From contig NC_042999.1 in NCBI RefSeq assembly GCF_006345805.1, forward strand, positions 84,134,001-84,198,000: a stretch of DNA of 64,000 bases. The letters run 5' to 3'. This DNA is from Octopus sinensis (lineage: Eukaryota). Positions 1-13,336 of this stretch are shown one piece after another. Each line of letters begins with the position of its first letter. Position 1 is the first letter of the stretch. The translations under genes were made by a program, and so were the position numbers. Below the pieces are notes generated by a model that saw nothing but the letters and a program-made list of their open reading frames with translations, was not told where the DNA came from and ran no database searches.

Positions 1-180
1 GTTATTGTGCAGTGTAAATCTTCAGAGCACAGCCATTACAACTAACCGCGTTTGAATACGTGACATTTCCAGTGCTAAATAAGATGTTCACAGAGAAGCG
101 TGTTGTAATAGTTAAGAATTTTGCATTGCCATTAAAAGTCTTGAGCTCGATCATAGTTCACTTAAATTAAAGTAGTGCCA

Positions 181-585
181 GTTGATGTTCTCGTCAGTGG
201 TGGAGGTTTACGGGCGTTCTGCTTCCTCTTCGTGCGTCAGGCTTGACCAGCCACTCTTAAACTTCTCCATCCACTCATACGCACTTCTACGCAGTAGTGC
301 AATCTCCCCGTATTGTCTTAAAATCCTCCGATGATTTCCAGCATGTGACACACCTTTCGACTAGAGAAATAATATCACTGCTCTTTGTTCTTCTTTGGTG
401 CACATAGTGGAGCAGCCATGCTTACACTGTAAAGCCAGAAAGAGAAATGGCGCGATCAGGCTCAGATATCGGTCACTTGACCATAATAGTACCAACTATA
501 AGTACGCATAAGTAGAAAGGACTGTGACAATAATAAAGAAATATCATGGCGAAAGTGCAGATAAGTTTTGACTCGCCATTGTGTA
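181..585 (-). mobile_element. Mariner transposase 5' relic (N-terminal HTH) with probable terminal repeat
   Basis: Minus-strand translation CTKEEQRAVILFL*SKGVSHAGNHRRILRQYGEIALLRRSAYEWMEKFKSGWSSLTHEEEAERP*TSTTDENIN resembles the Mos1-type HTH region. In-frame stops; TIR-like end next to a (TA)n tract at ~585. Confidence 0.8.
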
Positions 586-3054
586 TATATATATATATAT
601 ATATCCCCGATTAGGTGATCTTGCACGCCATCCCCACCTTATCACTTGCCTATGCTGTAATGCTAATATGGGATCGAGCTAATTTTTGCCATTCATACTC
701 AGTCTCTGATTGTGTCATTTAGGTTCCCTCTCCGAACATAATGCAATACCAATGCACATTCGTCGCTAATTTTCACACCTCGACATCTGTTTTAAAGTCT
801 AAAACCGGATTAATACGACATTTCCCGTTTGATGGAGTAGACGCTGCGGCACACATCGGCCAAGGTTTCTTCTTCGTGCTTATTTGTAGGCAAATGGAAG
901 ACCCTTTTTTTCCTAAATAAACAGAAACAACGAAATAGAGGTATTTTATTTTGCTGCTTTCTCATTTTCCCATGAGATCACTGGACACGGAGTCTCAATA
1001 TATTTAATGAGTCTCTCGAACATTTTCCTCAGAAAGCAGGCATACCATTTGTTTTTGCCTCTTCATCGTAACTCTAACAAAAGTACTACTTCTCGTATTG
1101 TTACAATATTTGGCTGTCACTTCTGCATTTTTATCGTTTGTCTATTTGCAAATATCTGTATCGATAACTATATCTGCCTGTTTCATAGTAATTTGTGAGC
1201 ATTTTCCAATTTATCATTATTTTAACGTTACGATTTGCCCTACGACTTATAAGCACTTTTGTGGAGTGCATCCCTTCAGGTTCCCTTAGAGCTGGCAATC
1301 TAGGACTATAAGTAAAGAATGCTTTTCAGCAATAGAATAACTACTTTCCATAATTTTGTGGTTGATAGCAAGATGATGTTCATTTTGGAGTGCATATCAT
1401 TTTCTTTTATTATTACCATATAGACGGCCGTTGCCCTATCTCCGTAAAACTCTCTAATCTGAGCATATTTTCTTGTTTCCTTGTCTAAGTTCCTATGTTT
1501 CTGTCTGTTAGACATGACATATAAATCACAGTTCCTACATTGGTGCGTTTTAAGAGCCTCTGTGGGGGTGCATTACCGTGTCATTGTGACACTTCTTAAT
1601 ATTTGGGAACGTTGTCGGTCATATAGCTAACACAGTTTTCGGTATGTTACTCATAACATTTTTTATGCGCTACTCATCAAAAAGCTTAGCATTATGTTAC
1701 TGCATTTTGTACCTAGTATTAGTGTAAGTATTGCTTCATTAAATTTTTCACATATATCAATCTTTATAATCTTATTTTGGGGATGATATTTTGATAAACT
1801 GGTGGGGAGCCTTAATCTCTGTGTTGTTAAAATTTCTTCCCATATTCTATTTCTTACTGGTCAACGACAGTTGAGTGCAGTCAGTAATAAAATTACATTT
1901 ACTAATCAGTGCTGGATATTTATACCTTACTCGGTTATAAATACTTTTTCTTCCTGTATTTACTATTCGTTTTTTGATGATAAATCCTTGTATTTTGTGT
2001 TTATCTCCTCTGTTATACGGAACTTAATTCTTCATTACATCTAACAGTATTACTTCTACAAGATATCATTTGCAAGTCTTTCCTGCTTTTGGATATAATT
2101 CTATATCTGTTCATGACATTTCTTTTTTGCAGTTTTAATATTGTTTATAAAATCCTGTTTCTATTTCTCTTTTATGTTAAGCCAATAAACATCCTATGTG
2201 GTGTTTTCTGCATATTTTGAGATATTTCTTTGCAGTTAAATCTAATTTGCTGGCTATGGGAATATTATTTACCAGTACACATAAATTGTGTAAGAATTTA
2301 TTGTCATTCTTTTACACTTTACCTTTAGTCCACTTCGTGACAGTAACTTCAGATCTTGTTCATATTCCCGCTTAATTTATTGTTATAATTTTTCTTTTAT
2401 TTGTTTTGATCTGCTTTTGCGATTTCTGTTCACTTCTTGTATAGTTTGTATAATATGTTTCTTATTCTGTTAATCTCTCTTACAACTATCCATACTTCAG
2501 GTGTAATATCTTTTTTCCCCCCTTTTCAACTTTCCTATAATGCAGTTTTCGCAAATTTTATTCTACACCATATTTCATATTCAAGTATTTACCGAAAATC
2601 CGTATTTTTAGAATACTGATTCCATATTTTTACACGATCGCGCTTCAGATCATCCATTTAACATTTGGTGGTTCTATTCTGTCTCATTTTGTAATAAAAA
2701 AAAGAACACTATCCCTTAATGTTATATCTTCTTTTGCATGTGGCCGTGGTGGAGTCCTTGATTCAAGAGAATATTTGCCATACAGAAGAGAAGGAAAGAT
2801 ATGGAATGATACCGAAAGATACCTTTATTATATATTTTCTTTTTTTGCAGTGATCTTTTCTTCGCTCTTCATTGTTTCTGAATTATAACTCATACAATTG
2901 CTAACACAAGGTTTGATGTTGCCAATGTTCACATCTTTCCCTATATTATCGCAGAGTACGAGGCCGTGACAATTTTGTTGATAATATATTCTACTCTATG
3001 ATATAATCTACCCTATAATATATTCCAAATCATCTATGCTATATCTAAATTTCT

Positions 3055-3266
3055 GAGCTGGCAGAAATGTTAGCATGCCGAGCGAAATGCTTAGTGGTAT
3101 TCCATCTGTCTTTACGTTCTGAGTTCAAATTCCGCAGAAGTTGACTTTGCCTTGCATCTTTTCGAGGTCAATAAATTAAGAACCAGTTGCGTACTGGTGT
3201 CGATCTAATCGAATGGCTCCCTCCCCCAAAATTTTGGGCCTTTTGCCTAGAGTAGAAAAGATTATT
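3055..3266 (+). mobile_element. tRNA-derived SINE, group A
   Basis: A-box-like GAGCTGGCAGAAATGTTAGC, B box GAGTTCAAATTCC, central CTTT..GGTCAATAAATTAAG..CCAGT domain; homologous to many copies in the window. Confidence 0.88.
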
Positions 3267-4672
3267 GTCCTTTTGGTACGAAAGTGCCATTTGGCAGAAC
3301 TTTCAGTGTTGCATTCCTAATTCGTATTGTTAAACCGAACAGATGTTGTCCATGCTGCTGCTTGTAGTGCTAATTCCTCTTCATAGAACAATGTTGGAAG
3401 TTTTCTTTCGTCTGTTTACGTTGGACGATGTAGAAAGAATGAACAGAAAGTTCTCGCTTTGACAATCTAATTTACACTTAAAAAAATTAATGTCACAATG
3501 AAGAAGGAAACTCATTATTTCATGAAATGTTTATAAAAGATGTGCAACAGCATAAAATTGTGGTGGCATCATCTGTGACTATAGTTTTGGGAACAACCGT
3601 TGTTATACGGCACTAAGCTTTGTTGGTTAAGGAAATCTTAAATGTATGGGGCACCTTGATTGTTCCCGGTAATGTTGAAGCGGGATGTGTCTCAGTGGTG
3701 CAACTAGGCCAGGGATAATTTGGAGATTGCCCTCGCTGACCACAATGAAAGTCTTCTAAATAAGACCATCCAAATTATCTGCATCGATGCACATAAACCT
3801 TCCAGACAACCATCGCAGAGCTCCACCACTATCCGTCCTATAAAATGCACAGGTGTCGATATTCTAGAAACTATAAAAATATCTTTAGCAGCAGCGCCGA
3901 AGTCCCCATCACTACCACCTTCACCACCACCAGTGCCTACATCAATCCAACTACTTCCACCAGCATTGCAGCAATGTTACTACTACCACCACCACCACTA
4001 TCACCACTAGCGTCAAGAACAACTGTATAGTCTAATGCATAGCTGAATTTCAGAATCTTGTGAAGTTAATAATGAAGTCATTTTTGTTTCCCGTCTGTAA
4101 ACGATTGCCTGATTGCATAGTCGTTGATGGCTTCAAATTGCATTAGGTCCTTTGGGCGAGAACAAATGAACTGGTGATTGGTTGTGCAGTGATTGATTTG
4201 TTTTGCCGACTTCAAACCTGTAAAATGTACTTGCGCACTTCTATCTGTTCGTTTGATTTAGTGTGCTTGTGTCTCTATGTTTCTGTTGTATTATTCCTTG
4301 GATGTTAGTGAGTCTTCGTGTGTATGTGTGTTTGTATGTGCATTTGTAGTTTGTGCGTTTCTGCAATCCAGTGTTTATGGTTGCTGAGTTGGGTTTTTTT
4401 AATCTTTGTGAGTGTATTTGTTCTTTAGTCCCAGGTCAAACCTGATTGAGCAGACACATGATCAAAAGCATTTCAGCCATAACTACTTCGACATTTTAAA
4501 AGTATGTAAGACTACGTTATATAACAAGCCTTTTCCATATTTAAAATGGTAAAGTATACGTTTCGTGTTTTAGATGTAGCAGCTATTTCCGTGAGTTTGA
4601 ATGATCAAGGAGAGGTATTTATGATTTATGTGTCTATATATACGTGTGTGTGCGTGCGTGCGTGCATGCGTG

Positions 4673-4703
<31 letters not shown>

Positions 4704-5596
4704 TGTGTGTGTGTGCGTGTGCGCGTGTGCCACGATATATATTTTCATACACATTTGTTTATGTATGTGTGCTTAAATTTCTCGTGTGTGCTAGTCTCTG
4801 ATACCTTCAATGGATATGTGCGAGAAGGCTGGCATATATATATATATATATATATATACGTGTACTTGTATATGTAAGTGTGCGTGTGTCTGTCTGTCTG
4901 TCTATCTGTCTGTGTGTGAGCGTGTGGCAGGAGATGGATTATCCAGTGTTTTGTGCGGGTTCATAATAGTGTTATGTAGGGAACCTTGTGAACATGTGAC
5001 CTTGTTTCTTTGCATTTTTGGTTGAATAACAAACACATTAACAACCAATTCTCGACATAAACAAGAGAACTTCTTGATTCTAAGAAATTTATTTGTACGT
5101 GTATATACTACTCGAGTGAGAAAATTACATATACTTCAGTAATTCACCGCTAGAGACACTGAATTTATAGATGACAAACACTGGTGATGTCGCCCTATAG
5201 TTATATAACACATCGCAATCGAAAATTGCTCGTTACTTCAATGCAATACTATATAGCATTACCTGCAGAAATTTCGCAATTATTTTGAAAACTTTTAGAA
5301 TATAATCTTATAGAAAATCTTGAAATACGTAATTTCTTCTGAAATTATAATTTATTTGAATCTTTCGACGCTATATATTTTGTTTAAGTCCACGTCTATA
5401 GCACTGGAAGTATTTATTAGGAGAGAGCAACTCTGTAAATAATATTCTTTGTTATAAACCTGTCATACTTCTATCTTGGGATTTCTTAACTATTATTATT
5501 CATATTTTCAAACTAAGCAATCTTAACTATGAATGAAATGGAACACAAACTAAGATATTATTCTTCTCAACTAAATATTATGTTGATAAAGCTTTA

Positions 5597-5696
5597 GGGT
5601 TCAGTCTCACTGCAAGGTACCATAGACAAGTGTTTTTTTTTTTTAAATAGTACCTAGTCGATCAAAGCCTAGTCACTGGAATCGGTAGGCAGAAAA
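5597..5696 (+). mobile_element. SINE group B fragment (CORE-like)
   Basis: GGGTTCAGTCTCACTGC...GACAAGTGT...GGTAGGCAGAAA aligns loosely with the 50075 copy. Confidence 0.55.
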
Positions 5697-5698
5697 TA

Positions 5699-5915
5699 AG
5701 GCTGCGAGCTGGCAGAACTGTTAGCACGACGGACGGAATGTTTAGCGGTATTTCGGCTGCCGTTACGTTCTGAGTTCAAATTCCGCCGAGGTCGACTTTG
5801 CTTCTCGTCCTTTCTGGGTCGATAAATTAAGTACCAGTTATGCACTGTGGTGGATGTAATCGGCTTAATCCCTTTGTCTGTCCTTGTTTATCCCCTCTAC
5901 GTTTAGCTCCTTGTT
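5699..5915 (+). mobile_element. tRNA-derived SINE, group A
   Basis: GAGCTGGCAGAA...GAGTTCAAATTCCGCCGAGGTCGACTTTG...GTCGATAAATTAAGTACCAGT; matches the 40718 copy. Confidence 0.9.
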
Positions 5916-6059
5916 AAAAAAAAAGAATATATATATATATATACATACATACACACATACATACATACACACATACATACATACAGGCATACATACATAT
6001 ATATGTATACACATGCACACACACGCGCGCACACACACACATATATATATATACATACA

Positions 6060-6232
6060 TTGGTTCCAAATTTTCCGACAAGGCCAGCAACGACGGGGGA
6101 AGGGGCGAGTCGATTACATCGATCCCAGTAATCAACTTATTTTATCGACTTCGAAAGGATGAAAGGGAAAGTTGACCTCTGCGGAATTTGAACTCAGAAC
6201 ATGTAGACGGATGAAATGTCGCTATGCCTACC
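6060..6232 (-). mobile_element. tRNA-derived SINE, group A, 5'-truncated
   Basis: Reverse complement of the group A body (TTATCGAC..GAAAGGATGAAAGG..GGAATTTGAACTCAGAAC). Confidence 0.85.
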
Positions 6233-6236
6233 GTGT

Positions 6237-6271
<35 letters not shown>

Positions 6272-6651
6272 AATTGAGATAGGGGTTGTAAGGGCAACCC
6301 TCCATGGAATAACATATATCCAATATACTACTAGTGAAGTACCCAACAAAGTAATACATAAATGTTAAGAATTGCGATGCAGTTAATTCATTTACTGTAT
6401 TACATGGGCAAAGGTAAAATGTTTTACCACAAATTAATAATACAAAATAAGAAAATGGAGAAACACATCTTAATCAATGATCAACTACCAGATAATACCC
6501 AATCATATAATTTATTAAACCACTACATATGAACATTAAGGTCAAACATAATAATATAGAACAAAACAATGTACATGAAAGAGTAATACGATACAATAAG
6601 TACAGTATGTATAAGTGAATATAAATAAATACAAATATATATATAAACTAC

Positions 6652-6778
6652 ATCTTACAGCTGTTTCAGCCATGCAGATATGGGTGCCTCATTATGCTCA
6701 TATTAGCCATGTGTGATAGGTTAATATGAAGTTATAAATAAGACACTTACAAAAATATCCCAAGGCCTCTTCAGAGAT
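6652..6778 (-). ncRNA. Type I hammerhead ribozyme motif
   Basis: Minus strand: ATCT-CTGAAGA-GGCC-(92 nt)-GGCT-GAAA-C-AGCT-G-TA-AGAT. Stems I and II pair, palindromic loop III, GUA cleavage triplet. Confidence 0.75.
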
Positions 6779-7209
6779 TATGAAGAACAAACTAAATTAA
6801 ATATGAAAATCAAAGGAGGTACACCCATACAATAGTGGGTACATACCCTTAATATATAATATGTAATATAATATACATATGAGTGCATATATCCATACTC
6901 CTATATATATATATATACATATATATAATAATAATAATAATATACAGCAATATACATGCATATGTTCTATATTCAAGGTTACATTTAGTCATAACAATAT
7001 ATTAGAATATTACAATATAGAAGCATACACATATCTATATTCAAATGCAGATATACAAAGTCAATAATTCATTATATTAAGTTACAAAATGCCATTAATA
7101 TTAATATCATTACTATTACCATTGCCACTATTGCTACTAATATCATTATTATTCAGTAGTTTTATTTTTATAGCGTTCTTTTAACTTCACTACTGAGCGC
7201 AGCTCTGTG

Positions 7210-7272
<63 letters not shown>
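7210..7272. repeat. (ATT)n microsatellite
   Basis: Direct reading. Confidence 0.95.
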
Positions 7273-7276
<4 letters not shown>

Positions 7277-7863
7277 GCATTAATACCAGCAAAACAATAT
7301 ATGCATCACGCGGTTAGCAACATAATAGCAAAACAACAACAACAATAATACAGTACCATGCAAAGCATTAAGATCGGCAGATACATATAAAAAGAAAGAT
7401 GGAAAACATTGATTTACATAGTAGAAAATTCCACAGATGTACAAGCGTTTACCCGGACTGATATATATGCAAAGTATTAAGTTCAGAGATCGTTAGATAT
7501 CGAACGGCCAATGCGATTGACCTGCACATTTGAATTTCAATTGTCTTCGTTACGGTTGGTTTGTTAAAAATACTCACATACGTATACACGAATATGTGCG
7601 CTTACACATATATACATGGATAAATCACAATACAGGAAATACTAGCTTACATACACATAGTTTATATTTACATTTGTATTTATTTATATTCACTTATACA
7701 TACTGTACTTATTGTATCTTATTACTCTTTCATGTACATCGTTTTGTTCTATATTCTTTTGTTTGACCTTAATGTTCATATGTAGTGGTTTAATAAATTA
7801 TATGATTGGGTATTATCTGGTAGTTGATCATTGATTAAGATGTGTTTCTCCATTTTCTTATTT

Positions 7864-7911
<48 letters not shown>

Positions 7912-8006
7912 ATCCAAACCTGAAAGCCCAAAAAGAACATAACAACGCGAGGACGTGGAACGAATATAGTATTATTGGACGTTCAGGAAAGAAAGAATGA
8001 AGGAGG

Positions 8007-8041
8007 GTTTAACGTTTCGAGCGGAGCTCTTCGTCGGAAAC
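8007..8041 (-). ncRNA. Minimal hammerhead-like motif (variant core) within a ~220 bp (TA)n-flanked insert at 7908-8125
   Basis: Minus strand: GTTT-CCGACGA-A-GAGC-TCC-GCTC-GAAA-CG-TT-AAAC. The core has C in place of U4; stem III is the loopless palindrome ACGT. Confidence 0.5.
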
Positions 8042-9811
8042 ATAAGAGAAGGAAAGATCCAGAGAAGGGAAGACAGAGGGAAAAAAATCGCCAACGTTAC
8101 ACACGCGGTCACATTTTGAATTAATACATATATATATGAATGTCTGTGTGTGTGTGTGTGTATGGGTGTGTGCGTGTGTATGCGTGTGTGTGCGTGTGTG
8201 TGCGCGTGTGTGCGCGTGCGAGTTACCAAAGCTACATTCGCAATGTGCTGTCTCTTGGAATTTCGATTTTGCTAACACTTTGTAACGAAGTGTGATTTTA
8301 ATTATTGGTAGCAGTCTAAATTAAAATTCCCTCCACAATTTGTCAAATACAAAATCTAAATGATAAAAATAATAAATATTATAATTAAAGAGTTTCAAGC
8401 ACAAACATTTATAGTTACACACTGAAAATTCTAAAAGTATTGCAAACGGTCTTTTATATATGAAAGAAACAGCATCAACACTAACAAAATCAATAATTTA
8501 ACTGCAGCTGCTTTCTTTTTTTTTTTTTTTCTTCTTCTTTATCGTAAAACTGTTCGTGAATCATATCTAGAAGAAGGAAAAAGCGATATATCGCAATTAT
8601 GAATGTCTTATTGGCTATGGTTGTTATCAGAGGAAGGGCAAGATAGAGAAAAACACATCTGTTTCTTCTAATAAGATGTAGGATGCCCACGTGCCTTGGA
8701 AAATGTTAATGGTGAATTAAGAAGACCCAGTTTTCAACCATAGTGGGGGACAGAAAGTTCAAAGCGAAAGATTATGGGAGTTATGAGATTGCTTGTTCCA
8801 GGTAATTTTTCACACCGCGATGATTTTTTTTTTGTGTGTGTTTACTATATTTTTAACCTTGTATATGCTGAGATTATTCCAGTTTATTGTTCATGTACAT
8901 ACCTGTATATTTTCTAAACATTTTAAAAGTAATATGTTGTTTTTCCCTGTGGCCTGTTGTGTTGTCTGTAAAGAGTGTGGTGCTTTGGCATAAATGCTGG
9001 AGAGCCAAAATGCTATACAGCACCTTCTGGTCGAGGCCATGTTTAATTTTCCTCCATTCAGAGACGAAAATCTAGAGTACCAATAGAATCTATTAACTAC
9101 TTCTTTTAGAATATTCGGGACATGTTTCTGTTTTAGAAACAATTAGTTACGTGTGAGTAGATTTCTATGTACATTCCTGTGTAGATATGTGTGTTTGCGT
9201 GCTTATGTGTATGCATGTATTCATATGTATGAGTGTGTGCGCGCGTGCGTATGTGTTCACGTCTTCCGTCTAGAATACACAGAGTTAAACATGGTGTGGA
9301 TTTGATATCTCGTTAGTTAGCTGTTTGTTGCACATATTTCTAGAATGTCTAAAACTGGATGTGAGGAGAAGTGATGTTAGGAAGCAAAATAAAAAAGGCA
9401 AAATTAGAACCAAAATTTGTATAGTCTCTTTCTGTGTGTATTTTTCGCGCACACAAATACTTGCATAGGTAGGTAAATATAGAATGGATACAGATGCACA
9501 AGAGTTAAAATAATTTTCGAGGACTAAATTTTCTTCCTGCATAAGAAGGACAGGGACAATAAAAACCCGATTGTTTCCAGTATCTCCCGTCGTAAACGCT
9601 GTAAATTTCAAACAGAACCGATAAATAATTTTGCCCTTAGGAAGAAATTCTTAATGCAGATTTATGAGAAATGTCCTTTTATGTCAACGTCCATGTGCAA
9701 TATAGCCAGTAGTAGTATTAGTAATAATAATCTCTTCTCTTATAGGCACTGGACCTGAAGTTTTGAGGGGGTGGGCTACTTGATTACATCGACCCCAAAC
9801 AATAATGATAA

Positions 9812-10312
9812 TAATGCTCTGATGCAGTACCTGGCAATGGGTCACATGACTTTTGATCTTAAATGATTGGAAGTGTTATCATCTACACGTTTAATTTGGG
9901 GTAAAGATGGGCTACTGTAAAATATTCTGCTGAATACAACAGATTTGCTTGTCAGTTGCTTACCTTAAGAAGTTCGGCATGTTCCTGACAAAATGTGCAT
10001 CTCTGATCACAAGAAGTAGTGGGAGAGCATCATAGTTAAGTGTCGAGGGGAATTCTTTAAGGTTTGAATAATTTACCCCTTGTAACATAAATGTTTCGAG
10101 CATGATCCCTAAGCAAACTTTATTCAGGGGTCTTTTGAGTAGGAAGGGCTCCTCAAACTGAAGAAAGTTCTAACTGGACCCACCTGCAAGGTCATGTACT
10201 GTTTATATTGCTATGATATGACTATATCGCGCACATTTGGTTGTGATGCATGTACCTGGTGTATCCTTACCAGACGGGTAGTCATGATTTGGGTTTCATA
10301 TATTTGTTACCC
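9812..10312. repeat. Dispersed repeat associated with (TAA)n, copy 1
   Basis: Homologous to 28762-29145 (TGATGCAGTACC...GATTGGAAGTGTTATCAT...GTGCATCTCTGATCAC...TATTCAGGG). Class not determined. Confidence 0.75.
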
Positions 10313-10317
10313 AATAT

Positions 10318-10404
10318 AGAAGAAGGAGGAGGAGGAGGAGGAGGAGGAGAAGAGGAAGAGAAAGAGGAGGAGGAGAGGGAGGAGGAGAAGAAGGAGGAGG
10401 AGGA

Positions 10405-10450
<46 letters not shown>

Positions 10451-10478
10451 GAGGAGGAGGAGGAGGAGAAGAAGAAGA
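10318..10478. repeat. (GGA/GAA)n purine microsatellite
   Basis: Direct reading. Confidence 0.95.
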
Positions 10479-11405
10479 ACCTGAGTATGGCATGGATACA
10501 CAACAGGAAACGTTTGATAGTGTTCCACATTATTGGCTACTCAAGGCTCTTAAGATATACAAATTCTCCCATATCGTCTCCAAATTCTGACGAGGTAGCA
10601 TGGCCAACTGGAATACACGTTTCCTCCTAAACGATAATAATGTGATAAGGCAATCTAACAATATCAACATCAAACGAGCCGTCTTTCAAAGTGGCTCCCG
10701 CTCCCCTTTACTCTTTTGCATAGCACAGATTCCACTCTTGAACGAGCTGAGTAATGCCAGGTATGGGTTCAAAATGTATATTATTATAGTAAATCATATG
10801 TTTTAAATGGACGATCTCAAGCAGTTTGCTACAAATGACAAAGAGCTAGTAGGGCTGTTAACAACTGTTAAACAGTTCAGTAATGACATCGGGACGAATT
10901 TTTGCCTTGAAAAGTGCATTTTGTAAGAAGCACTTTGTAAGAGGCAAGCTCAGGCAAACAGCTTCCATTAAATTGAATACCGACACTACCATCAAGGAAC
11001 TTAATCAAAAAGAGAGCTATAAATACTTAGGGATAAACGAAGGAGATGGTATATAACATGAAACTAGGAAGGAAAAAATACGAAAGGAGTATTACAGAAG
11101 AATATGACGTATACTGAAATCTGAACTCGACTCCAAAAATCGCATCGAAGACATTAACACCTTGACACTTCCAGTAATCTAATACAGTTTTAACATCATT
11201 GACTAGAATCTTAGAGAATTCCAACGCTTGAACAGGAAGACAAGAATACTACTAACATCTAAGAACATGCACCACCGAAAATCAGACGTCTGTACCTATC
11301 GAGAAGTAATAGGGGAAGAGGAATGATTCGGGTAGAATTATGCTGTAGGACCTCTACAATAGCAATGAACAAGTACTTATCTAGTACAGAGGACTAGATA
11401 AGTTG
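10478..11405 (+). mobile_element. Non-LTR retrotransposon RT relic, R4/Dong-like
   Basis: Broken frames read NLSMAWI..FDSVPHYWLLKALKIY, INIKRAVFQSGSRSPLLFCIA, NHMF*MDDLKQFA, FSNDIGTNFCLEKC, YKYLGI, MHHRKSDV..YLSRSNRGRG. Stops and frameshifts present. Confidence 0.88.
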
Positions 11406-11504
11406 ATACAATTTACCCTACTATTTCACCATCGAGGGGCGAAAAGAAAAGTTAATCGCTGTTGGATTTGAACTCGCATGGAACGTAAAGAGCTGTAACG
11501 GTGC

Positions 11505-11598
11505 TGAAGAAGAAGAAGAAGAAGAAGAAGAAGAAGAAGAAGAAGAAGAAGAAGAAGAAGAAGAAGAAGAAGAAGAAGAAGAAGAAGAAGAAGAAGAA
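11505..11598. repeat. (GAA)n microsatellite
   Basis: Long pure GAA run. Confidence 0.97.
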
Positions 11599-12039
11599 AA
11601 AAACGACAATGGTGAATGAAGAAGCTGAGAAAAATAAATATATGAAAAACTTTTTTGCAACAAATAAACGGAGGTGGATGCTATCATGTTTGTAATTTTA
11701 TTCCGTTTTCGTCTAAGTTGTAACCTAAGTAACTTAAATACGTTTATATGTACAAAAGATGAGGAGTTCTTTTAGATAATAGATAATTGAATATGGAAAA
11801 AGAATAGAAAAATCAAATAAGCGAAAGAAAATCCCAAAGCACAAGAAAATCAAGGAAAGAAAAAAATACGAAATGTTATTAAGAAGCAAAGAGATACGAC
11901 TAAAAGCAAGGAGTTTAGAAAAGAATCATCGTTTGAACATCTTTCAAGATTATCTAACTTGTAGAGAATGAAGTTAAATAAGCTGTTTCAAAACTAAATC
12001 ATTTCCCCATTTGAACAAAGGCGCAGAAAGCAAACCTCC

Positions 12040-12137
12040 ACATATATACACAACAATATGTATATATGTATGTATACCGATATGTAGTCATGTATGTATA
12101 TATGTACTCATGTATGTTCATATATGGGACGTGCGTA

Positions 12138-12180
<43 letters not shown>

Positions 12181-12319
12181 ATACATATATGTGTTTGTGT
12201 GTATCTTTTTATGTATATGTATGTATATATATATCAGCTATTTTGTATTTTATATATATATATGTATATACATACAGATATATATATATATAATATATAC
12301 ATACAGATATATATATTAT

Positions 12320-12372
<53 letters not shown>

Positions 12373-12484
12373 GTATATATATATAAATATATACACATTA
12401 TATGTATATATGCATTTACATTCGTTTGTACATATACACATAAATATGTGATACATTTATAAATATATATTTGAATATAGCTGT

Positions 12485-12539
<55 letters not shown>

Positions 12540-12540
12540 T
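12040..12540. repeat. Compound (TA)n/(TATG)n low-complexity tract
   Basis: Direct reading; source of the YIYI ORFs. Confidence 0.95.
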
Positions 12541-13200
12541 AAATACGTATATTCGCAAACATACACTCTCGCACAAAGACACACACGTATACAAACATCC
12601 TCAACGTTAGTCAACCGTACGAAATCTTTAGGCATGAGAACATAATTTTGTTTTCCAACTCTTAACACACTCACTACATGTGTCTGTGTGAGTCTGTTTG
12701 TGTGTGTGTGAGTGTGAGCCTGTTTGTGTTCTCTAAAGAATTCTTCCACGTAAATATATACAGACATCACTGTGTTTCTTTGTTTGTCTATATCTCTGTG
12801 ACTGTGTGGATATATATATGGATGTTTGCGTGTGAGATGTTTTCTGCGCATATTTCTAAGTAATTGCGCAGATCTAATTCAAAGTTTTTATCTCATCATT
12901 TTTCTGGAGACCGAGAATGTTGTCTAATCTTTAACGAAGCAAAAATTCAAGTTTGTCGTAAATGAGTGGAAAAGTTATGAGATTACACACTATAGTTACA
13001 CAATAGGCATCACATCATCTTTGAACGCTGTATTTAATCTACAGTTGTTATAGCATATTCCCATCTCCTGTAACAAAAGAAATATATCCATATTGATAGT
13101 CACACTTCCCAAAAATATACATAGATATATATAAACACATACACACACAGACGCAAACATACATACACATATACATATACGTGTGTGTGTGCTCGCATAT

Positions 13201-13336
<136 letters not shown>

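Larger units (their letters stand above)
6270..7867 (-). mobile_element. Non-coding Penelope-type/retrozyme-like insertion bounded by (TA)n, with ~195 bp inverted repeat
   Basis: 6440-6636 is the reverse complement of 7672-7867 with few mismatches; minus-strand hammerhead at 6652-6778; (TA)n on both flanks. The middle may include unrelated insertions. Confidence 0.6.

Noticed and set aside
1000-2700. Strand-biased (A-rich on minus) stretch suggesting a decayed LINE
   Set aside because: No diagnostic RT or endonuclease motif could be read in any frame.
10250-10630. 126 aa Glu/Lys-rich ORF, and the poly-K ORF at 11501
   Set aside because: GAA/GGA repeats; the first runs into a LINE fragment.
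12011-12851. Long ORFs rich in YI/CV/TH (also 35365-35738, 56789-57459 and others)
   Set aside because: Translations of (TA)n, (TG)n and (CA)n microsatellites, not proteins.
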